Positions 10,051 through 18,297 are shown, numbered from the stretch's first letter. The stretch: DNA of 64,000 nucleotides from Candidatus Nitrosymbiomonas proteolyticus (GCA_017347465.1 AP021858.1:1256472-1320471), one strand, 5' to 3'. Numbers and translations are program-made. The notes: generated by a model not told the origin, from the letters alone.

Positions 10051-10857
10051 ATGCGCCGCTACCTGCGCGTGTACAAGACCTTCTTCGTCAGCTCGTTCGC
10101 CCGCGAACTCGAGTTCCGGTCGAACTTCTTCGCGAAGATCATCCAGAACACGCTTTGGGTGGCGTTTTTCGTTCTGATCTTGCTCGTCGTCTATTCGAAC
10201 ACCGACGATGTGGCAGGGTGGGGGCGAGGCGACGCGTTCGTTCTCGCGGCGACTTGCTTTCTCATGAACGCGGTGGTCTCAGGGCTCTTCATGTCGCTGA
10301 TGGAGATCCCAGAGGCCGTCCGCAAGGGAACGCTCGATTACGTCGTCGCCAAGCCGATCGACAGCCAGTTCTGGGTTTCGTTTCGCCGATTCAACTTCGA
10401 CCAGGTAGGGACTCTGCTCGCAGGTTTCGGCATGATCGTTCTTGGCGCGCTCCAATCCGGCGTCACGCCCACGGTCGGCCAGTGGTTCGCCTATGCGGTG
10501 CTGGTCGCCGCCTCCATCGCCATCTTCTACTCATTCAATCTGATGCTGATGACCTTGGCGATTTGGTTGGTGAGGGTCGATAACTTGTGGGTGCTCGGAG
10601 AGACCCTGATGTCGGTCGTCCGGTACCCCATGGACATTTACGGCACGGGGCTCCAGCGGGTCTTCACGTACTTCGTGCCGCTGGCGTTCTTGGCGACGGT
10701 CCCCAGCCGGCAACTGGTTCGGCCCGTTCTCGGCAGCTTCGGTGGCGCCGACTGGTTGATGGTGGGTTTGGGCATGTTGTGGGCGCTCGCATTCCTCTCG
10801 TCAAGCCGAGCCTTTTGGCGGTTCGCGATGACGCGATATACGAGCGCGAGCAGTTAG
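10051..10857 (+). CDS. ABC-2 family transporter permease (DUF990-like)
   Basis: 268 aa with 6 TM helices. N-terminus YLRVYKTFFVSSFARELEFRSNFF is typical of ABC-2 permeases. TATCGT hexamer lies 6 nt upstream of the ATG. Confidence 0.7.
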   Translation: MRRYLRVYKTFFVSSFARELEFRSNFFAKIIQNTLWVAFFVLILLVVYSNTDDVAGWGRGDAFVLAATCFLMNAVVSGLFMSLMEIPEAVRKGTLDYVVAKPIDSQFWVSFRRFNFDQVGTLLAGFGMIVLGALQSGVTPTVGQWFAYAVLVAASIAIFYSFNLMLMTLAIWLVRVDNLWVLGETLMSVVRYPMDIYGTGLQRVFTYFVPLAFLATVPSRQLVRPVLGSFGGADWLMVGLGMLWALAFLSSSRAFWRFAMTRYTSASS

Positions 10858-11253
10858 CTACTCTCTCGCGGCGAACCCACGGCAATCGCACGTACTCGCG
10901 TTTCCCAAGCAACGGGCCGGCGCATGGACGGATTTCGGATGGCCGCAGATGCAAACGGGGTCGACTGGCCGCCCTTCGCCCCGATGAGCCAGGTCTTCGG
11001 GAATCACCATGACCTTGAGCTTCTTTACCGGAACCTCCTCATGCTGTTCCTGCGAGACGGTTTCGAACACCCAGTCGAGTTCCTCGACAACCCACCGGCT
11101 AGCTTCACCACAATGTAGCTCGACGACGTCGCCTTCGCGTGGCAACGGTAAGTCCCAGTGCGTCTCGATCAGCACTCGGTCCATGTTTCGGCTATCGACG
11201 AATTCGACTTCCAAGCTGCACCTCCCCAAGCGTGTTGCGGCCATTGGCCTCAC
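10858..11253 (-). CDS. hypothetical protein with Cys/His-rich C-terminus
   Basis: 131-aa ORF. C-terminal CICGHPKSVH...C...CDC suggests a small zinc-binding motif. No family recognised and the start is uncertain. Confidence 0.35.
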   Translation of the reverse strand: MRPMAATRLGRCSLEVEFVDSRNMDRVLIETHWDLPLPREGDVVELHCGEASRWVVEELDWVFETVSQEQHEEVPVKKLKVMVIPEDLAHRGEGRPVDPVCICGHPKSVHAPARCLGNASTCDCRGFAARE

Positions 11254-11329
11254 AGCCAGTACGAATGGCAGGGGGCACTCGTTCCAGGTTTCTGCCGCAA
11301 CTTGCGACTTGGGGAGGCGCTGACAGTGC

Positions 11330-12322
11330 CTACGGGGACTTCTGAAACTCGACGATGCCTGAGGGTTTGGCGATGGCGAGCCGCTCCACGCCGCCGACGA
11401 AGCAAAGAGCGATGTCGTTCACCGATTGGCTGACCTTACCCCGCGCGAGCACGGCCGAAGTTCTAACGTTCCACTCAAAGACCTCGCCGCTATTGCCGCC
11501 GGTGAACAACCTTTCGGAGTCGCGGCTCCAGTCGATGCCTCGAATCGTGCCGGCATGGCCCTTTAGTTGACGAACGCTCCTTCCATTGACGGCGCTTCGG
11601 AGCACCAAAAGCTCGGCCTCGGCGAGCGCGATCCACTTCCCGTCGGGGCTGAACCGCATCGCTTTGGGCTCTTCGTAAATATCGGTGAGGGTCGCGATCT
11701 TTGCGCCCGTTTCGACGTGGCGCAGGTAGAGCTTGTTGCCTCGGCTCGCGAAGGCCACCACCGCGCCGTCCGGGCTCAAGGAGAGCGATGAAAGAACTTG
11801 GTCGCCAGGGTCACCCATCAACTCGCGGACCTTCGACCACGTCTCGGTGTTCCACACGATAACCTTTCCGTCGTCGTCGCAGGCGGCAAGCTTAGCCCCC
11901 TCTCCTGACCAATCGACGTCGGAAACTCGGCCCGTGAAGCCTTCGAGCGTCTTGAGACGAACTCCTGTGCGGGCGTCCCAAACGCTCACTTGGCCGTTGG
12001 ATCCGGCGACGGCGATTCTGCGGCCCGTAGGTTCGACGCGCACGCGGTTGACGATGAGCCGCGCGGCGGGTTCGTCGGCGATGTGTACCAGCTTATGGCG
12101 AACCTTCTTTCCTACGATGTCCCAGATGATCGCGCTCCCGTCTTGGCTTCCCGAAACGAGGAACGATGCGTCCCCGCGCAAAGGACGGTTGAAGTCCGAG
12201 CCGAAATCGACCGACGAGATCGACTTCGTATGGACCCGAGTCCAAGGTTCGAATTGCAGCGCATCTCCTTGGGGTGAAGCCGTGACAAGGGTCGAGCAAA
12301 CGATCAGAAAGGGAATAGTCAT
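11330..12322 (-). CDS. secreted WD40 (beta-propeller) repeat protein
   Basis: Start chosen at MTIPFLIVCSTLVTA (signal-like), with GGAGG 9 nt upstream. Repeated WD-like units (SGSQDGSAIIWD, AGSNGQVSVWD, CDDDGKVIVWN, GGNSGEVFEWN). The longer 514-aa ORF would overlap elbB. Confidence 0.75.
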   Translation of the reverse strand: MTIPFLIVCSTLVTASPQGDALQFEPWTRVHTKSISSVDFGSDFNRPLRGDASFLVSGSQDGSAIIWDIVGKKVRHKLVHIADEPAARLIVNRVRVEPTGRRIAVAGSNGQVSVWDARTGVRLKTLEGFTGRVSDVDWSGEGAKLAACDDDGKVIVWNTETWSKVRELMGDPGDQVLSSLSLSPDGAVVAFASRGNKLYLRHVETGAKIATLTDIYEEPKAMRFSPDGKWIALAEAELLVLRSAVNGRSVRQLKGHAGTIRGIDWSRDSERLFTGGNSGEVFEWNVRTSAVLARGKVSQSVNDIALCFVGGVERLAIAKPSGIVEFQKSP

Positions 12323-12382
12323 GGTAATTGCCTCCGGTGAACTATATCCGACAATTGGAAAGAGGGTTGGTAAAATCCTGCT

Positions 12383-13057
12383 ATGCCAAAGGTCGCCGTG
12401 GTTCTTTCGGGGTGCGGTTTCTTGGACGGCGCGGAAATCCAAGAGGCCGTCTTCACCTTGCTGTATCTCGACCGGGCTGGGGCCGAAGTTCAGTGTTTTG
12501 CCCCCGACAAGCCTCAAATGCATGTCGTAGACCATCGAGCAGGCCAGCCCACCGCCGAATCGAGGAACGTCTTGACCGAATCCGCGAGGATCGCGCGAGG
12601 GCAAATCGAGCCTCTCAGCAAGGCATCGATGTCCGGCTTCGATGCGCTCGCGATGCCAGGGGGTTACGGCGTCGCAAAGAACCTCTCGACGTTTGCGACG
12701 AAGGGCGCCGAAGGCGAAGTCGACCCCGACCTCGCTCGGCTGATCGGTGAGGCCTATCGCGCGCGGAAGCCGATCCTTGCGATCTGTATCAGCCCAGCGA
12801 TCCTCGCTTTGGCTCTGGCGAACGTTGGCGCAGGAGCGAATCTCACCATTGGCAGCGACGCGGGGACCGCTCAAGCCATCGAGTCGTTAGGCTGCACGCA
12901 CGAGGAGTGTGCCGTCGATTCGTTCGTCGCCGACGAGGATTCGCGCATCATCACCACGCCCGCCTACATGCTGGGACCGGGCCCAAAAGGGGTAGCCGCG
13001 GGGATTGAAAAGAGCGTCGAAACGCTAATGCGGTGGCTCCGCACGCCCGTAGCCTGA
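12383..13057 (+). CDS. elbB: isoprenoid biosynthesis glyoxalase ElbB (DJ-1/PfpI superfamily)
   Basis: Collinear with E. coli ElbB as I remember it: VAVVLSGCGFLDGAEIQEAV, CFAPDK, RNVLTESARIARG, PGGYGVAKNLS, TTPAYM. Confidence 0.8.
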   Translation: MPKVAVVLSGCGFLDGAEIQEAVFTLLYLDRAGAEVQCFAPDKPQMHVVDHRAGQPTAESRNVLTESARIARGQIEPLSKASMSGFDALAMPGGYGVAKNLSTFATKGAEGEVDPDLARLIGEAYRARKPILAICISPAILALALANVGAGANLTIGSDAGTAQAIESLGCTHEECAVDSFVADEDSRIITTPAYMLGPGPKGVAAGIEKSVETLMRWLRTPVA

Positions 13058-13094
13058 GACTGCGACGCGCGGCTCGCTGCGACGTATCGGTGGC

Positions 13095-13286
13095 ATGAGC
13101 GAATCGACCCACGCGCGGAAGCGGCGAAGCCCGGCTGGAGCGGGAATCTCGCTCTTTACGTCGATCGGCGTCTCCGTTGCCGTTCAGATTTCTTGGTCGA
13201 TCAACCAGTCGATCGGTTGGGCGATCTGGCACGGTTTCCTGAACTGGATTTGCGTGATCTACCGCTGGATTGTGGGCGTGAGCTGA
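13095..13286 (+). CDS. small putative membrane protein
   Basis: 63-aa ORF with two hydrophobic segments (ISLFTSIGVSVAVQISW and GWAIWHGFLNWICVIYRWIV). No other support. Confidence 0.3.
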   Translation: MSESTHARKRRSPAGAGISLFTSIGVSVAVQISWSINQSIGWAIWHGFLNWICVIYRWIVGVS

Positions 13287-13365
13287 GGGGGGATGGGGTA
13301 GGGTAGAGGACCCGGCCCTGGAAGTTCGGGTACCTTTCAGCAGGTTCTCCTTGAGAGATCGCCGC

Positions 13366-13441
13366 GGCCTCGTAGCTCAGTGGATAGAGCGCCTCCGTCC
13401 TAAGGAGGGCGTCGGGGGTTCGAGTCCCTCCGAGGCCGCCA
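13366..13441 (+). tRNA. tRNA-Arg(CCT)
   Basis: Hand-folded cloverleaf. Acceptor GGCCTCG/CGAGGCC, anticodon stem CCTCC/GGAGG with loop GTCCTAA, T-loop TTCGAGT, encoded CCA. Confidence 0.9.
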
Positions 13442-14166
13442 ATGCCCGAATTGTCCCTACCGGACACATGGATTTTCGTCGTCATTCGCAGGAAGTCGCG
13501 CAGTTGCTCGAAGAACTGTTCCTCGCTCTTCTGCGCCGTCACAGGCGTCCTACGGCGAGATGGCAAGAGTGGCACTGTGTCCGGCCGCCCCACCGTGAAG
13601 CCCACGGGTGGAACCGCCAATCGTCCCGTCTGGCGGTTCACGACCACATAGCGCATCACCTCCTTCGCGGAATCGCGCCAGTTCCGCAACGCCAGTTCCG
13701 CGAGCTCGGTGACGCTGTGGATCGTGTACTGGCGAAGGTCTACTCCGTGCCCTTGTCGGTATTCCGTATCGACGGCCAGCCCGAATAGCGTAATCGGAAC
13801 ACCGCTGAGTCTACGAGATCGAGCATCCACATCCCGTCGAGGAGAAGCTGTTGTACCATCTTGTGATCGCTTGGCGACAGGTCGCACTCCCGTACCCCTG
13901 GGAAGTAGTGGTCGAGAAACGCCTGCACTGATGTCGCGTTCGGGTAGTGGTTGGTACTCATCGTCCGGTGTAAGAACCTCCCTCCCGATCATCACGTCCG
14001 GGTGGTTGATGATCGACGACTGGGACGTGGCTCCGAGCAATTCCAGTTTACGCAACATGATGCCGAGAGCCCGCATCACGCCTGCTTCACTTCTGTTAAC
14101 GAAGACTGTGGCTTTGGGTTGCGATAAAGATCGTTCCGGAGACAGAGCTGTCCTTCGTTTTCCCAA
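13442..14166 (-). pseudogene. decayed gene remnant (unknown family) abutting the tRNA-Arg 3' end
   Basis: Protein-like translation switches frame twice. It runs frame A 14166 to about 13960, then the 73-aa ORF 13740-13961, then frame A again. There is no stop before the reading frame runs into the tRNA gene. Confidence 0.35.
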
Positions 14167-14288
14167 CCCTCCCTGAAAAACGGCACGACCTTTCGCCTGT
14201 CCGAGCCTCGCCGTCGAGCCACCCTGTCGCCGTCCGAGAGGGCCTGCTTTGAAGCAGCGCTCGCCCGGCTGTCCGAATCACCAATGCG

Positions 14289-15275
14289 CTAGCCGTCCAG
14301 CGGGCTTCGGACGTTCATACCCGGGCGGTTCATGACGTGGGTGTACACCATAGTCGTCCGCACGTCCTTGTGGCCCAGCAGTTCCTGAACGGTTCGGATG
14401 TCGTAGCCATGTTCCAGCAAGTGCGTCGCAAAGGAGTGTCGAAGGGTGTGACAACTGACTGGCTTGTCGATGGCAGCCGCATGTGCCGCCTTCTTGACCG
14501 CACGCTGAAGACGGTCTTCGTGAACGTGGTGGCGACGCACGGTTGAAGTACGGGGGTCGGTCGAAAGGGACTCGGCTGGGAACAACCAATGCCAGGGCCA
14601 CTCCTTCCCGGCGTTGGGGTACTTCCTTTCGAGCGCGCCCGGAAGGGCGACCCCGGGGCGATCGAGCTTACGGTCCAACTCGAACAGCAGCCTGCTTCGT
14701 CCGAGTTGAACCTTCAGGGCCGGGATGATCTTCACCGGGATCATCGTCGTCCGATCCTTCCCGCCCTTACCCTCGCGAACGCTGAGGGTTCGTTTCTCGA
14801 TCGCCAGGTCCTTGACGCGCAGGTCGAGGCACTCGGCGAGCCGCAAGCCCGCCCCGTAAAGCAACGAGGCCATGAGGTAGGTCTCGCCGGACATGTTTTC
14901 GAGGAGACGCTGCACCTCGTCTTGGGTGAGGACGCAGGGGATACGCTTGCATCGCTGAGCGCGCACGATTCCAGCAGCCTGGGGCATTGCGACGCCCAGC
15001 ACGTTGCGGTACATGTAGACGAGGGCGTTCAGGGCGACGTTTTGCGTGGAGGCGGCCACCGAGCGGTCCACCGCTAGGTGCGTGAGGTAGGCGCTGATGT
15101 CTTCGCCGGTCAAGTTTGAGGGGTGTTTGCGCCCATGAAACTCGATGAACTCCCGCATCCGGTGCAAGTACGCCCTCTCTGTCTTGAGGCTGAGGTGGCG
15201 CTTGCGCAAGTGGTCTCGCGCCGCGTTGAGGAACTCGGTGACGGTCCGCGGCTCGCCTGACGTCGAGTTTACCAT
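14289..15275 (-). CDS. intI: integron integrase IntI
   Basis: Carries the IntI-specific insertion ALERKYPNAGKEWPWHWLFPA. Also has KTERAYLHRMREFIEFHGRKHP, HTLRHSFATHLLEHGYDIRTVQELLGH, TTMVYTHV and C-terminal VRSPLDG. Start at MVNSTSGE, with CATAAT 6 nt upstream. Confidence 0.9.
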   Translation of the reverse strand: MVNSTSGEPRTVTEFLNAARDHLRKRHLSLKTERAYLHRMREFIEFHGRKHPSNLTGEDISAYLTHLAVDRSVAASTQNVALNALVYMYRNVLGVAMPQAAGIVRAQRCKRIPCVLTQDEVQRLLENMSGETYLMASLLYGAGLRLAECLDLRVKDLAIEKRTLSVREGKGGKDRTTMIPVKIIPALKVQLGRSRLLFELDRKLDRPGVALPGALERKYPNAGKEWPWHWLFPAESLSTDPRTSTVRRHHVHEDRLQRAVKKAAHAAAIDKPVSCHTLRHSFATHLLEHGYDIRTVQELLGHKDVRTTMVYTHVMNRPGMNVRSPLDG

Positions 15276-15393
15276 GAGCACATTATGCGCCGTTCTGCCG
15301 GATAACACAACGCTTTCGCGCACGTATCTTGCGCAAGTGCACTTTGATATCGGAAGGCCGCGCACATTTCAGTAATCTGCAGGAGAATCAGTA

Positions 15394-15400
15394 GTTAGAC
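15394..15400 (+). other. attI recombination core (GTTAGAC)
   Basis: Matches GTTRRRY between intI and the first cassette. It is the exact reverse complement of the R'' box (GTCTAAC) of the first attC, as expected for a cassette inserted at attI. Confidence 0.6.
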
Positions 15401-15402
15401 CG

Positions 15403-15816
15403 ATGGAAGGAACCCAATCGGAGAACAGGAAGATGCACTGGCTCGGGTGGATTGTTCTTGCTCTCGCTTTCATCGAGGGCGGATGGCTGGCCTTCGACGG
15501 GGGTCGCGCACTTGTCGTGGGCGACTACGTCACTCCAACGTCCGGCCAGTATGCCGGCCAACTTGGTCCGTGGGCGAAGGTCGTGTCGGCGGTCGGAATC
15601 GAACCACGGTCGACGCTGATGAAGTCGATTCACCTTGGCCTTGGGGTGGCTTGGCTCGTGGTCATGATCTGCTTCGCGCTACGTTTGCCGTGGGCTTGGG
15701 CGGGAATGGTGGCCTGTGCGGCGCTCGGTCTGTGGTACCTTCCGTTCGGCACGCTTCTGAGCATCGTCCAGGTTGTCCTGCTCCTCATGCCCGCGTTGCG
15801 TGGTTCGAGTAGTTGA
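15403..15816 (+). CDS. cassette 1: small integral membrane protein (4 TM), unknown function
   Basis: 137-aa ORF that fills the first cassette. Alternative start MHWLGW at 15433 with AGGAAG immediately upstream. Confidence 0.6.
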   Translation: MEGTQSENRKMHWLGWIVLALAFIEGGWLAFDGGRALVVGDYVTPTSGQYAGQLGPWAKVVSAVGIEPRSTLMKSIHLGLGVAWLVVMICFALRLPWAWAGMVACAALGLWYLPFGTLLSIVQVVLLLMPALRGSSS

Positions 15817-15839
15817 CGTGATGAGTTACCTCAACGACG

Positions 15840-15899
15840 GTCTAACAACAGCATGCAGCGGACGGCGCTGCGCGCCGCCGCTGATGCTGAGCGTTTGCC
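15840..15899 (+). other. attC site of cassette 1
   Basis: R'' is GTCTAAC. Arms are CAGCAT(G)CAGCGG(A)CGGCG and CGCCG CCGCTG ATGCTG, with two unpaired bases on one arm. R' is GTTTGCC. 60 bp, starting 23 nt after the ORF stop. Confidence 0.65.
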
Positions 15900-15905
15900 C
15901 AAGAT

Positions 15906-16481
15906 ATGAACATCACTTTGTCGCGACAGCAAGTTGAAGAAGCGCATCGGTTGGCATGCCAGTCTATCGCTCGGTGGGCAGACGTTCCAGGCCATTACAA
16001 CAATCGCCTTCGCTCACACCTGGTCGGAAGGATCGGAGAGATTGCCGCCGCTACTTGGTTGCAAGACGCAGAATTGAGGCTGACCCGTCACTACTTTGAT
16101 CCAAAAGCCGAACGACTGTGTGACATCAGCGTAAATCAAGCGGATGGCGGCGTAGTACGCATAGAGGTCAAGACCTGGACCGCCCAATACTGGCCAGACC
16201 TGGGGCGTTGTATAGCCATTGACCAATATAATGCGCTGTGCCAGAAGTGCGATCTCGTGGTTTGGTGTGTGCTCGCAAACCCAATTCCTGTTATTGAGGC
16301 GACAGAATACGATACATTCACAGTTGATACAGGACGATGGTCAACGCTTGAAGACATCAAGACTGCGCCTCAACGGTGGACCGGCAGAGGTTCGATGCGG
16401 AAGGTTCACAACTACCAGGTGGACGAAACGACACTTCGTGGGAGCGACAGCCTACTGACACTACTGAAAGGCCCAGGATGA
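15906..16481 (+). CDS. cassette 2 gene 1: PD-(D/E)XK nuclease-like protein
   Basis: 191 aa. VGRIGEIAAATWL helix followed by D...RIEVK, matching a D-x(n)-E-x-K arrangement. Paralogous pattern to the gene at 17359. Stop overlaps the methyltransferase start (ATGA). Confidence 0.55.
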   Translation: MNITLSRQQVEEAHRLACQSIARWADVPGHYNNRLRSHLVGRIGEIAAATWLQDAELRLTRHYFDPKAERLCDISVNQADGGVVRIEVKTWTAQYWPDLGRCIAIDQYNALCQKCDLVVWCVLANPIPVIEATEYDTFTVDTGRWSTLEDIKTAPQRWTGRGSMRKVHNYQVDETTLRGSDSLLTLLKGPG

Positions 16482-17362
16482 GCAATCTGCGCATATACTT
16501 CGGAGACAATCTATCGGTCCTGCAGTGTCTCCCTGCCGACTCGGTGGACTTGATCTACATTGATCCGCCCTTCAACACCGGCAAAGTGCAGAGCCGGACG
16601 CGCCTGTCCACCGTCCGAGACGAGAACGGCGACCGGACGGGATTTCAGGGCAAGCGTTATCGAACGATCAAACTGGCGACGAAAGAATACGAGGACATCT
16701 TTGACGACTACCTTGCCTTCCTGGATCCACGATTGGAGGAAGCGCGGCGAGTGTTGAAAGGCAACGGAAGCCTCTTCTTCCACATTGATTACCGGGAGGT
16801 CCACTATGCGAAAGTCCTACTGGATACGATTTTCGGACGGGACTCTTTCCTGAATGAGATTATTTGGGCCTACGATTACGGCGCGCGGTCGAAGACGAAA
16901 TGGCCTGCGAAGCACGACAACATCCTCTGGTATGCCAAGAACCCGGACGACTACCAGTTCCACCATGAGGAATGCGATCGCATCCCGTACATGGCACCCG
17001 GTCTGGTGGGAGCGGAGAAGGCCGCCATGGGAAAGACGCCAACGGACACCTGGTGGCATACGATTGTCAGTCCGAACGGACACGAGAAGACCGGCTATCC
17101 CACGCAGAAGCCGAGAGGCATCTTGGATCGGATTGTCAAGGTGCACTCCCGGTCCGGCGACCTGCTTCTGGACTTTTTTGCCGGAAGCGGCTCGTTCGGC
17201 GAGGCTGCGGTTGAGCTAGGCCGCCATTGCTTCCTCGTGGACAATAACCCGGAGGCGTTGCGCGTCATGGAGAAGCGTTTCGCAGAAATCAACGTGGAAT
17301 GGATAAATTGGACACCCGAGGCGCAGCACGACCAGCCCGTGCAAAGGAGACTGTTCGCATGA
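16478..17362 (+). CDS. cassette 2 gene 2: site-specific DNA methyltransferase (beta-class N4/N6, PF01555-like)
   Basis: Motif IV IDPPFNTG is N-terminal and motif I LLDFFAGSGSFGEAA is C-terminal (circular permutation beta). TGYPTQKP motif present. 294 aa. Confidence 0.9.
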   Translation: MSNLRIYFGDNLSVLQCLPADSVDLIYIDPPFNTGKVQSRTRLSTVRDENGDRTGFQGKRYRTIKLATKEYEDIFDDYLAFLDPRLEEARRVLKGNGSLFFHIDYREVHYAKVLLDTIFGRDSFLNEIIWAYDYGARSKTKWPAKHDNILWYAKNPDDYQFHHEECDRIPYMAPGLVGAEKAAMGKTPTDTWWHTIVSPNGHEKTGYPTQKPRGILDRIVKVHSRSGDLLLDFFAGSGSFGEAAVELGRHCFLVDNNPEALRVMEKRFAEINVEWINWTPEAQHDQPVQRRLFA

Positions 17363-18099
17363 CGATCAAAGACCCGGAAGTCAGGATTCTCGCTGGTATC
17401 AGCCAAGCATTGGAGGCGGAGTACCAGAGCGAGAATCGAGAGTGGGAGGGCAGCCCTTTTGCGTGGATCAAGACGAAGCCATCCCGCCAAGTCGGTGCCA
17501 TCGGCGAGAAACTTGTTGCTGGGTGGCTGGCGGCTCGCGGCTTCAACGTGGTTCGGGCTGGCGACTCCGACGCCGACCGGGTGGTCGAGAACAAGCGCGT
17601 CGAGATCAAGTTCAGCACTCTGTGGGCCAACGGTGGGTACAAGTTCCAACAACTCCGCGACCAGCGCTACGACCTTGCCATCTGTCTTGGCGTATCGCCC
17701 TTCGATTCCCACTGCTGGGTGATCCCGAAGGATGACGTGATTCGCCTCTGGCGGGTGGAGCATCGCATATCGAGTCAACATGGTGGGCAGGACGGCGCGG
17801 ATACCGCATGGATTGACGTTCGTGTTGATGATCCCCCGATTGGCTTAAACCGTATGGTGGGTCTTTGTCGGACGCGATCTTCGCGCTGTCCAAGATCACA
17901 GGTTTCGAGATCAAGAAAGTCCGGGAAGAACTCGAAGAATATGAGGCCTAACGACGGCGTGGAACACTACGCCGGTTCCGCCGCGCTCCTCCGGCGAGGT
18001 TCACGCCGGACGTTGCCCGTCCGCTGCCTTTTCGATCTCAGCAAAAGCGACATGTTCAGAGCGTCCGGCTTGTCCTTGCGCTGCCGGGCGGTATTGTGA
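17359..18099 (+). CDS. cassette 2 gene 3: PD-(D/E)XK restriction-endonuclease-like protein, C-terminus probably frameshifted
   Basis: VGAIGEKLVAGWL then DADRVVENKRVEIK. Start overlaps the methyltransferase stop. After the C5 run (17833-17837) the translation becomes Arg/Ser-rich junk. The other frame reads WLKPYGGSLSDAIFALSKITGFEIKKVREELEEYEA and stops at 17949-17951. Confidence 0.6.
   Translation: MTIKDPEVRILAGISQALEAEYQSENREWEGSPFAWIKTKPSRQVGAIGEKLVAGWLAARGFNVVRAGDSDADRVVENKRVEIKFSTLWANGGYKFQQLRDQRYDLAICLGVSPFDSHCWVIPKDDVIRLWRVEHRISSQHGGQDGADTAWIDVRVDDPPIGLNRMVGLCRTRSSRCPRSQVSRSRKSGKNSKNMRPNDGVEHYAGSAALLRRGSRRTLPVRCLFDLSKSDMFRASGLSLRCRAVL
17946..18018 (+). other. attC site of cassette 2
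   Basis: R'' is GCCTAAC. Arms are GACGGCGTGGAAC and GTTCACGCCGGAC, with bulges, plus an inner CGCCGG/CCGGCG stem. R' is GTTGCCC. 73 bp. Confidence 0.55.
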
Positions 18100-18297
18100 A
18101 GCCTTCCGGTGCTTCACCCTTGGGATATCTTCCACTCGATCAGGGCCAGGAGGAATCTGTTGTGGGTTTTGTCTCTAGACATGGCGCTCCTACGGGGCTA
18201 GAGAAACCGCGGCGAGGGCGCAGATTCCACTGACGGCTGACAAGGTCAGGAATGGCCGCGCGTTCTTGAATGCAGATGTGGCCTTCGAGTCGGAGGC

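Larger units (their letters stand above)
14289..18018. mobile_element. integron (intI, attI and two attC-bounded cassettes)
   Basis: IntI-type integrase lies divergent from the gene cassettes. GTTAGAC core at 15394-15400. attC-like imperfect palindromes at 15840-15899 and 17946-18018. Confidence 0.75.

Noticed and set aside
13201-14166. 321-aa minus-strand ORF
   Set aside because: It reads straight through tRNA-Arg, and its middle third is Arg-rich low-complexity sequence. Only fragments look protein-like, and these are treated as a pseudogene remnant instead.
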